Source: Candidatus Thorarchaeota archaeon (GTDB lineage: Archaea > Asgardarchaeota > Thorarchaeia > Thorarchaeales > Thorarchaeaceae). From it: a DNA stretch of 64,000 nucleotides. The notes below the pieces were generated by a model. The model saw only the letters and a list, made by a program, of their open reading frames with translations. It was not told the origin of the DNA and ran no database searches. The translations under genes were made by a program, and so were the position numbers. Below are positions 56,105 to 64,000 of the stretch, in pieces; position 1 is the stretch's first letter, and each line of letters begins with the position of its first letter. The stretch is from the NCBI GenBank assembly GCA_048882045.1, contig JBHLRZ010000016.1, forward strand, positions 10,738 through 74,737, read 5' to 3'.

Positions 56105-59100
56105 TCACCAATCATATCCCGTTGGATGGGATGGCAGAGCAGCACCTCTTTTACTCCTACATATTGCCCCTACGACAACTAGAATGACAATAAGAGAACC
56201 TGAACCGATGATGATGATAGTGAGGTTCCCATCAATAATCTGGCCTGCTACAGCGACAACGACTGTGTCATGGACTGTTTGTCCAATTGTGTTGGATACA
56301 AGGAGAGTATAGTTGAAAATTCCTGGTGAGAGTGCATCAAGATCTACGACTATCGATGATCCATCCCATGACCCTGAGTCAGCAAGTTCTCCATTTACAT
56401 AGAGCTCGTATGATGCGGGGAGCGTTGAGGAGGGATGCCAAGTGATATTGTGTCCAATGGTACCGTATTCAAAAGCAACATCCGGAGGGCTATCTATCGT
56501 CAATGCCTCAGTTAATGGAACCTCAGTGACTATAACGTTGACGACATCACTAGTTACATGTCCTGCTTGGTCAAAGACTGAGAGTCTATACTCGTATACA
56601 CCAGCAGAATGCCCATCAACATTGATTGAAATCGCAGAACCATACCAAGGACCAGAAACATCAGGAAAATCATTGATTGAAACGTTGTATGATGATGGGA
56701 AAAGGTCAGACGGATTCCAAGTGATATAGGAACCAAGCTCCCCTTCCTCATACTCAATATCAGGAGGAGAGTCAATCACTGGAGGTGTAGCGGGGTAGAT
56801 AGTGACCCAAACCAGATCAGTGAGCTCTCCGTAGGCAGTGTTGCACCACACTGTCAGATTGTGTGTACCAGGAGAGTAACTATCAACATTCACTGAAATT
56901 GGTTGGCCATCATAAGTTCCAGCATCAATGACTACATCATCAAGGTAAATCTCATAGGGGGCACCAACCTCAGCACTCAAACTCCAAGTCACGACATTCT
57001 CTGTCATGTCAGACTCAAACTCGACGTCTTCTGGATGATTAATGAAAGATGAATCAGAAAGCCACTCCACATAAATGTCATCAATCGTTGATGGCATCCA
57101 CGAATAATGAGCAAGTCGACCTGCTTGTATGACAAGATAGTAAATCTCTCGATCAGTCTCGATATTTTCGGATTCCATTAACAATGCTTGACCAAATCCA
57201 GGGACATCTGCGTAGAGGTCTCCATTTTCCTCAGCCCAAACTCGGATTGTCCCATCGAAAGTTGTCCATGTTATATAATCAACATTACCATGAGTTGTGT
57301 AAGACCCATTGCTGAATCGATAATGTGCTCTGTTATGACCATATGACCGCCAATTCCAAGAGTCACTGCAGAATAGTTGGACGGCTGGGCCAAAATCCGA
57401 ATCACATAGATACACGCTGATTATGCCTGCATCACTTGGATCGGAATTATCAATCACAAAATCAACTCTGAACTCCTCTAGATCTTTCAATTGAAATGGA
57501 TCTGAGAAATTGTATGCAAAAACTGGACCATACCAATCCCCACTTGCTTGGGTGAGTCCTGAGAATGCAAGTTTGTCACCATCAGAGCTCATTATCCCAT
57601 CACTGACAGTGTATGTTTCCCACCACCAATCCATTGGCCAGTCCATATACTGTTCAAAGTAGGTTGTATTGGAACAGTCGTGATGCCAGACTTCAGTCAT
57701 TGGAGCCCATGTTAGTCCGATATCGTGGACTCTGACGACATCTGTTTGAGGATACGGAGGAGATGATGCAGCTTTTGAGCCTGCTATCCAAATCGAAACA
57801 TGACTTACTAGACGATTCTCAATATTATCAGAATCAAGAACCATACTTTCTCCTACACCAGGGAGGTTTGCAAAGAGCCCGGTTTTATTCTGTTTAATTG
57901 TCAGTGTATGATGATATGGCGACGGAAGTAGAACTCCCACTCCAGCATTGACTATTGTTCCATTGGCGTAATGGTAAGCCGCACCAGGCATTGCATCTGT
58001 GGTGTACCCATATGGATCTCTGACTTGAACACGAATGATTGGTTTCCCAGTTTGATCATGAAGTAAAACATAGGCACCTCCAGTTTCACTAGCTCCGATT
58101 GGATCAATCTGGAATTCAACATCAAGAGTTCTGAATCTGGAGAATGAGAATGGCGTGTCGAATGTATGATAGTTCAATGGTCCAAACCAGCATTCTTGTG
58201 TCGGTGGCGTACCTAGGTCTGCTGTGTAGATGTATTGACCAGATGAGCTCAGGGTTTCTGATGTGGCCACTAAATCAAACGCAGGATGTTCCCACAGCCA
58301 GTTATCATCTCCAATTCCATCAAACGCTGTCATGTTAGAACAATCATGGTGCCACGATGCTAGTTGTCTTGGCACGGCCATCTGTATAGGTACACTTGTT
58401 GTCAGACTAATATCATGAAGCCAACTGGGCATTAAGGGATCGGTACTAAAAGCACCTCCCATGAAGACGATGTATTTTATTTCCCGAAACAGTTCAGATT
58501 CATCAAGAATTGTAATGTTCTCCGCTCCAAATCCATCCACATATCCATACACATTCATTCCATCTAATCCGGTTTCCATTCGACCATCAAAACATGTGTA
58601 TGAATATGGTGATGGAGAACCGTGTGCGAAGAACGTCCCATTCTCGAAAAAGTATTGGACACCATAAGCTCCAGTAGTTGATGCTGCGAGATAATCATGG
58701 TATGTGAAAAGATACGTTGGTAGTTGGTTCGTGTCAGCAAGGTAGAGATAATATCGTCCAAGATAATTGGCTGCGGTATTGTCAATTTGAACATCAACAG
58801 TGAAATTTAGTACTTCGGACACATTGAAAGTAGTTTCAAATTCATAGGTGAATGCTGGACCATGCCAACCACTACCAGATGGAATGCTGGAGATACTGAG
58901 ATTCGTTCCAGATGAGCTAAGAAGTCCATTATCTAATGTCCAACCAGCAGAATACCAGCTTGTATTCCATGAATCCTGAGAAACGAAACCTGTCGTGTTT
59001 GAGCAATCATGATGCCAAGTGTAAGGGAGGGCTCCTCGTGAAGTCCACTCAAGACTGATACTGTGAAGATATACAGAATCACAGAATGAATATCCATCAT

Positions 59101-59830
59101 ATCCCGCAAACCATACGGAAACATAGGACGCCACCCTGTCCAAATCGTCATTTGGTCCAACATTCAATTTGAAATTACCAATCTCTGGGATGATTGCATA
59201 GAATCCAGTTGTGTTCTGCAAAAAAGTAAGAGTTTCATCATAGGGGGCGAAAGTGACCCAGTCTGGTTCAGACCATGGTGTGCCTGTGGCTGTCCCGTTC
59301 AAGAATGCCCAGTGAGCAGGCATTTTCAGCTGCTTGTCATCGGCCCATGAATCGAAGATATTGAACTGGCAAATCACTCTCTGATTTGAATCATGAAGCA
59401 TGACACGAATTCCACCTAGTTGACTTCCAATGGAAGAGTCAAAACCAATCCTTACATCGAATCTCACTAACTCTGAGATTTTGAAGGGGCCATCTAATTG
59501 AATTGATTTCACAGGACCATGCCAACCACTTCCAGAACCTACATCATTTGCTTGGATCCAACTTGTACCCACGCCTATATCACCACTAGTAATTGTATCG
59601 CTGCTATTGAATGGATAGAACCAGCTTGAATCGGTTATGTCAGTAAAACCAGTTAGATTTGAGCAGTCATGATACCATAATTCACTGGATGCCGCCAGTT
59701 CTATCTGACTTGTTGGCTGGATAGTTTCAAAATCCGCAACACTATTCGATATAGGAAGTGGAACCAAAAGCCCTGTGAGCATCAACATAACAATCAACAA
59801 TGAGAACAGCTTGTTCCTCAATACCAGCAC
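56105..59830 (-). CDS. Large cell-surface glycoprotein: four ~220 aa WxHDCSN repeats, three Ig-like repeats, C-terminal TM
   Basis: Signal peptide; W(Y/H)HDCSN.T.F four times; (I)DSPPD...E.......ITW.P Ig-like units; TM near the C-terminus. Confidence 0.8.
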   Translation of the reverse strand: MLVLRNKLFSLLIVMLMLTGLLVPLPISNSVADFETIQPTSQIELAASSELWYHDCSNLTGFTDITDSSWFYPFNSSDTITSGDIGVGTSWIQANDVGSGSGWHGPVKSIQLDGPFKISELVRFDVRIGFDSSIGSQLGGIRVMLHDSNQRVICQFNIFDSWADDKQLKMPAHWAFLNGTATGTPWSEPDWVTFAPYDETLTFLQNTTGFYAIIPEIGNFKLNVGPNDDLDRVASYVSVWFAGYDGYSFCDSVYLHSISLEWTSRGALPYTWHHDCSNTTGFVSQDSWNTSWYSAGWTLDNGLLSSSGTNLSISSIPSGSGWHGPAFTYEFETTFNVSEVLNFTVDVQIDNTAANYLGRYYLYLADTNQLPTYLFTYHDYLAASTTGAYGVQYFFENGTFFAHGSPSPYSYTCFDGRMETGLDGMNVYGYVDGFGAENITILDESELFREIKYIVFMGGAFSTDPLMPSWLHDISLTTSVPIQMAVPRQLASWHHDCSNMTAFDGIGDDNWLWEHPAFDLVATSETLSSSGQYIYTADLGTPPTQECWFGPLNYHTFDTPFSFSRFRTLDVEFQIDPIGASETGGAYVLLHDQTGKPIIRVQVRDPYGYTTDAMPGAAYHYANGTIVNAGVGVLLPSPYHHTLTIKQNKTGLFANLPGVGESMVLDSDNIENRLVSHVSIWIAGSKAASSPPYPQTDVVRVHDIGLTWAPMTEVWHHDCSNTTYFEQYMDWPMDWWWETYTVSDGIMSSDGDKLAFSGLTQASGDWYGPVFAYNFSDPFQLKDLEEFRVDFVIDNSDPSDAGIISVYLCDSDFGPAVQLFCSDSWNWRSYGHNRAHYRFSNGSYTTHGNVDYITWTTFDGTIRVWAEENGDLYADVPGFGQALLMESENIETDREIYYLVIQAGRLAHYSWMPSTIDDIYVEWLSDSSFINHPEDVEFESDMTENVVTWSLSAEVGAPYEIYLDDVVIDAGTYDGQPISVNVDSYSPGTHNLTVWCNTAYGELTDLVWVTIYPATPPVIDSPPDIEYEEGELGSYITWNPSDLFPSSYNVSINDFPDVSGPWYGSAISINVDGHSAGVYEYRLSVFDQAGHVTSDVVNVIVTEVPLTEALTIDSPPDVAFEYGTIGHNITWHPSSTLPASYELYVNGELADSGSWDGSSIVVDLDALSPGIFNYTLLVSNTIGQTVHDTVVVAVAGQIIDGNLTIIIIGSGSLIVILVVVGAICRSKRGAALPSHPTGYDW

Positions 59831-59951
59831 CCCAAGTGATTCCTGATTCCATGAAGGAGAATATATGTCTTGTCAGAAAGGATGTCCCAGCACAGAGTTG
59901 GGAGAAGTGATTTAATATACCTCGTTGTTGGCCAAGAAGTGTGTGGCAGAA

Positions 59952-61376
59952 ATGACTGTTGTAAAAGCATACGAAAGCCATCCCCTCTATCGTGAACTTG
60001 TTTCGATTGTGGGAGAAGACCGTGTAAACGACAACCCTGTAATCATATCTGCGTACAGTAAAGATGCTTGCCATCTTGAAGCTGAACGTCCGGGAATTGT
60101 TGTGATGCCAAATATTGTCGAAGAAGTTCAGGCAATCGTATTGCTTTGCAGTAAGACTCGAACACCATTAGTTCCAACAGGAGGAAGAAACGGAATCTGT
60201 GGCGCCTGTCTACCTCGAGCTGAAAACTCGGTAATGCTTGATATGGTCAATATGAACAAGCTCATCAATATAGACGAAGATGTGATGACAGTAACAGTTG
60301 AGGCAGGAATGAGGTGGGCTGAACTAATTCACCTATTGGATGATAGGGGATACAAACTAGGATTTAGAGGACCGTACGGAGGGAATGCAGCAACAATCGC
60401 TGGGTCTGCAAGCATAAACAGCATGGGATATGCAGCATCAAAATTCGGACCCACTCCAGAGTCAGTGGTGTCATTGGAAGTGGTCCTCCCAAATTCAGAG
60501 ATTGTAAGAACAGGCTCTGGTTGGAATCCAACAGCCCAGATCTTCACGCGATATTCCACATTTTTAGATATGACAGGCATTTTTCTCGGAGACCATGGCA
60601 CCCTTGGAGTCAAGACTAAAGTAACTCTCAAGATATTCCCCAAGACTGAGTTCTCAACATTCATTGATTTAGGTTTCAGAAATCTAAAAGATGCTACAGC
60701 AGGATTTCTAGAAGTCCAAAAGAGAGGACTCACTGAAGAACTGAACATGCTACTCGCTAGAGAATCCGCTGAAACCTATTTCCCAGGATTGCTTGACAGT
60801 CATCCTGAGATAAATGCGACATTCCATTGTGTGGTCATGGAAACGGATCAACAGCTTGCAGACAGAAAGGTGGAGATAATCAGGGAGGTCGGTTTAGAGA
60901 ACAATGGAAAAGACTTGGGGAACTTTGCAGCTCAGATACACTGGGCTGAGAAGTTCAATGAAGTCCAACCTATGTATAACAATGGTTTCTGGCTGAATAC
61001 ATGCCATCTAAGACCGATAACACGACTCCCAGAATTAATGGATAAGATGAGAGCTATATTCAAAAAGTTCAAGTTGGAAAAACATGGAATCAAGTGGATT
61101 GCGGATGCACTAGCAGTGGAGAGAGCATACGCAGCAGCTTGGGTTACAATTTTCGCTCCTACTCGAAACGAGATGGAACTTGCAGAGAAAGCATGGAACG
61201 AGATGCTAGATGTTGCTATGGAAACAGGGGGCTGTCCTTATTGGAGCGGACTTCTTTGGGAAGACAGAGCCCTTGACAAGGTCGAGAAGAGCTTCATAGA
61301 ACTGTATCGAACAATCAAAAAAGCAGTCGACCCGAACAACATTATGGCCCCTCATGTTTTTGGAGGGGTTGACTAA
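59952..61376 (+). CDS. FAD-binding oxidoreductase, GlcD/VAO superfamily
   Basis: P..VEEVQAIV, PTGG..G, TVEAG, ATIAG, G..GTLGV.T, K.AVDPNNIMAP. Confidence 0.88.
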   Translation: MTVVKAYESHPLYRELVSIVGEDRVNDNPVIISAYSKDACHLEAERPGIVVMPNIVEEVQAIVLLCSKTRTPLVPTGGRNGICGACLPRAENSVMLDMVNMNKLINIDEDVMTVTVEAGMRWAELIHLLDDRGYKLGFRGPYGGNAATIAGSASINSMGYAASKFGPTPESVVSLEVVLPNSEIVRTGSGWNPTAQIFTRYSTFLDMTGIFLGDHGTLGVKTKVTLKIFPKTEFSTFIDLGFRNLKDATAGFLEVQKRGLTEELNMLLARESAETYFPGLLDSHPEINATFHCVVMETDQQLADRKVEIIREVGLENNGKDLGNFAAQIHWAEKFNEVQPMYNNGFWLNTCHLRPITRLPELMDKMRAIFKKFKLEKHGIKWIADALAVERAYAAAWVTIFAPTRNEMELAEKAWNEMLDVAMETGGCPYWSGLLWEDRALDKVEKSFIELYRTIKKAVDPNNIMAPHVFGGVD

Positions 61377-61377
61377 G

Positions 61378-62955
61378 ATGGCTAAGGCAAAGTTTCCAAA
61401 CCTTGAACCCTTCAAGGATGAGCTCTGGGTCTGTGGCAGATGTGGAGACTGTTCACTTGCAGACAAAAGTGTAGCTTCTGACAGAGGAGTGGACCATCCA
61501 TGTGGTGTCAAAAATGTTCTTGGTTTCGAAGCGTATTCAGCGAAAGGACGTGTCATGATCTTAAACGACTTGATGGATGGCAAAATAGAGGTTAATGAGA
61601 ATGTTGTAGATTGGGCGTATGCGTGCAATATTTGTAAGAGCTGCCAAGAAACTTGTATGGCGACAGCAGATGGAATCAGAATGCCAGATATGATGGAGGC
61701 ATTCAGAAAGGATCTTGTCGCAAATGGATTCTCGGTTCAGAAACATGAAGAGATAGAGAACTCCATCATCAATGATTTCAATCCCTATAAGGACACCAAA
61801 GATTTCAGACTCAAGGTTTTTGGAGATCGAGAATTCCCTGAACGTGCTGAAGTTGTTTACTTCACTGGATGTACTAGTTCTTATCGCGAGAAGGAGATAG
61901 CAGTGACAGCAGTGGAATTACTAGACAAACTTGGAGTCAACTTCACTGTATTGAAGGATGAAAGATGCTGTGGATCAGTTCTGCTTAGACTTGGTCGGGA
62001 GAAAGTATTTGCTGATTTGACCGAACACAATATTGAATCTGTAAAACAAACTAGTGCCAAGACAGTCGTCACTACGTGCGCTGGCTGTTATCGAACCTGG
62101 AAAGTTGATGTTGCAGATGCAGGATACAAGTTGGACTTTCAAATTCTTCACATAACAGAATATCTTGACAGTCTAATATCAAAAGGAGATACATCCTTTA
62201 AGATGAAGGATAAACTTCGCGTGACCTATCACGATCCTTGTCACCTTGGAAGACATTCTGAGGTCTATGAAGCACCTCGACGGGTCATAGAAGCGGTAGG
62301 TAATGTTGAACTTGTTGAAATGAAGACAAACAAGAGGTATGCTCATTGTTGTGGGTCTGGTGGTGGCCTGAAAGGGACCTATGGAGAACTTGCTAACGAG
62401 ATTGCAGGAAACAGAATCAGAGAAGCTGAGGAAACTGGAGCTGAGTTATTACTCACAGCATGTCCATTCTGTTATCGAGGACTCAAAGATGGCGCTAGAC
62501 ACATTAACAGCGACATGAAAGTTCTTGATCTTCCAACATTTCTTCTCGATGCAAAAATCGGGAAAGGGGTAACACGTAGAGAGGAAGAACCACTGAAAGG
62601 GCAATTCATGAATTATCTAACTAAACATCCATTGATTTTTGATGGATTAAAGAAAGGTGCAATAATTGATTACGAGATTATGGATAGTCGATTTCATATC
62701 GAAGTTGTAGGAAAACGAGATGTTGAGGCAAGACCTCATAGAGCAGAAAATCCTGATGTTGAACTTATGTTCTCACCTGCAGCAGTCGAAACTCTTGTAA
62801 CCTTTGATTCAGAAGACCAATACGCAGCTCAATTTGGTAAGTTCTTCAAAGAACCAACTGACGATAAGTGGATCAGATTCAATCTAAGATTGAACATTGT
62901 CAAACTCCTGATGAAGGGGTATAGGAAATTTGCACAAAAAGCGGGTTTGATCTAG
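61378..62955 (+). CDS. Fe-S oxidoreductase, GlcF/HdrD-like (two CCG domains) with SCP2-like C-terminal domain
   Basis: CGRCGDC, CNICKSCQETC, YFTGC, ERCCG, TTCAGC, YHDPCHLGR, CCGSGGG, TACPFC; extra ~120 aa C-terminus. Confidence 0.87.
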   Translation: MAKAKFPNLEPFKDELWVCGRCGDCSLADKSVASDRGVDHPCGVKNVLGFEAYSAKGRVMILNDLMDGKIEVNENVVDWAYACNICKSCQETCMATADGIRMPDMMEAFRKDLVANGFSVQKHEEIENSIINDFNPYKDTKDFRLKVFGDREFPERAEVVYFTGCTSSYREKEIAVTAVELLDKLGVNFTVLKDERCCGSVLLRLGREKVFADLTEHNIESVKQTSAKTVVTTCAGCYRTWKVDVADAGYKLDFQILHITEYLDSLISKGDTSFKMKDKLRVTYHDPCHLGRHSEVYEAPRRVIEAVGNVELVEMKTNKRYAHCCGSGGGLKGTYGELANEIAGNRIREAEETGAELLLTACPFCYRGLKDGARHINSDMKVLDLPTFLLDAKIGKGVTRREEEPLKGQFMNYLTKHPLIFDGLKKGAIIDYEIMDSRFHIEVVGKRDVEARPHRAENPDVELMFSPAAVETLVTFDSEDQYAAQFGKFFKEPTDDKWIRFNLRLNIVKLLMKGYRKFAQKAGLI

Positions 62956-63033
62956 AGGATGAAAATGGTACAACAATCGAGGAACCGGAAGCAATATTTT
63001 GGAATCAACTAGCACCATTGAGTAACGTAACCA

Positions 63034-63711
63034 ATGGAGTTTCCAATAATGATTTGGAACGTTGAAAATGTATTGGTCCTTTCAGCTCATACAGATGACA
63101 TGGAAGTTGGTGCAGGTGCAACCATAAGACTCCTCATCGAAAGTGGAGCAAAGGTCAAGTCTGTTGTTTTCAGTGATTGTAAGAAAAGTGTAGATACTAG
63201 CAAGTATCCGGTTGACATTCTTAGGAAGGAGTGCCAAGCAGCTGCAAAACATATGGGTATTACCGACTTGACCATCCACGAATTTCCAGTAAGAGACCTT
63301 CCAGCCTATCGTCAAGATATTCTTGAAACAATCTATGCTCTAAGGAAGGAAAATGACTTTGATCTCGTCTTTACGACCTGGGCAAATGATTTGCACCAAG
63401 ATCACAAGGTCGTAGCAGAGGAAACATTTCGTGCATTCATGAAAACAGATGTTTCAGTTCTTTCATATGAGATTGCAGGAAACAGCCCTGGATTCACTCC
63501 AGAAATATTTGTCCCTCTCACTGAGGAAGATGTAGAAAAGAAGATTGAGATGCTAAGTCTCTACGAATCACAGGTTGCGAAAAAGGGGTACTTCACGATT
63601 AATGCAGTAAAATCTGTAATGGGATATCAGGGACATCATTGTGGGGCTCCATATGCAGAAGCATTCCTCCAGCACAGGGGAGTAGTGTGTGGTTTCAATC
63701 AATCGAAGTGA
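63034..63711 (+). CDS. PIG-L/LmbE family deacetylase
   Basis: AHTDDME, DLHQDH, YESQ, YAEAF. Confidence 0.88.
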   Translation: MEFPIMIWNVENVLVLSAHTDDMEVGAGATIRLLIESGAKVKSVVFSDCKKSVDTSKYPVDILRKECQAAAKHMGITDLTIHEFPVRDLPAYRQDILETIYALRKENDFDLVFTTWANDLHQDHKVVAEETFRAFMKTDVSVLSYEIAGNSPGFTPEIFVPLTEEDVEKKIEMLSLYESQVAKKGYFTINAVKSVMGYQGHHCGAPYAEAFLQHRGVVCGFNQSK

Positions 63712-63718
63712 AATGGAA

Positions 63719-64000
63719 CTAAATCGCTCCGAGATATTTGTAGATTCTCTCCAACCTTGACTGACTGATATCCCAACTAGGTTTTCTGAAGTCACCAACG
63801 GGTTGTGGATTATTCAGATATTCAATCACAGCTTTTCCCATGTCTTCTGGCTCCACAGATATCACAGGGAAGGCTGCGTCTTTGAATCCACCCATCTTTG
63901 GGGCTATCACAGGTTTACCACAAGCCAAGTACTCTGCAGCCTTTGTGATGTTCTCTGGAGCAGTATAGGGAGAGAAACTGTCCCATTTTCGTGGAAGTAA
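63719..64000 (-). CDS. Glycosyltransferase family 4, C-terminal part (truncated by window edge)
   Basis: Frame reads ..KAAEYLACGKPVI.., the GT4 nucleotide-sugar-binding signature; frame stays open to the window end. Confidence 0.7.
   Translation of the reverse strand, partial: LLPRKWDSFSPYTAPENITKAAEYLACGKPVIAPKMGGFKDAAFPVISVEPEDMGKAVIEYLNNPQPVGDFRKPSWDISQSRLERIYKYLGAI

Noticed and set aside
1-64000. tRNA, rRNA, CRISPR array, transposase or integrase
   Set aside because: By eye, no cloverleaf, rRNA-like tract, regularly spaced direct repeats or mobile-element motifs; intergenic gaps are short. A covariance-model search was not run.

Overview
Gene-dense archaeal chromosomal segment, most consistent with an Asgard archaeon (Thorarchaeota-like). 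This placement is inferred from archaeal housekeeping genes (thermosome, Rpo6, Cdc48, Topo VI, ThiR) occurring with eukaryotic-signature-type proteins: two gelsolin-like proteins, two Roadblock/LC7 proteins, three longin-like proteins and split Alg13/Alg14. About 59 CDS were called; no rRNA, tRNA, CRISPR array or mobile element was seen. Main leads: (1) a tandem pair of longin + double winged-helix paralogs resembling the GATOR1 NPRL2/NPRL3 architecture, near a Roadblock gene; (2) a ~10 kb island of gelsolins, polyproline membrane proteins, Roadblock, longin, SNAP-like and V4R-like proteins beside hsp20-cdc48 and an AN1-finger site-2 protease; (3) a Topo VI pair with a degenerate Toprim DxD motif, followed by a coiled-coil/wHTH protein and a PD-(D/E)xK protein; (4) an orphan NifB-like radical SAM enzyme with no nif genes nearby; (5) an uncharacterised glycyl-radical enzyme operon with a tandem flavin-barrel partner; (6) Rpo6 fused to a helix-hairpin-helix domain. 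All family calls come from motif recognition by eye; no database search was run.
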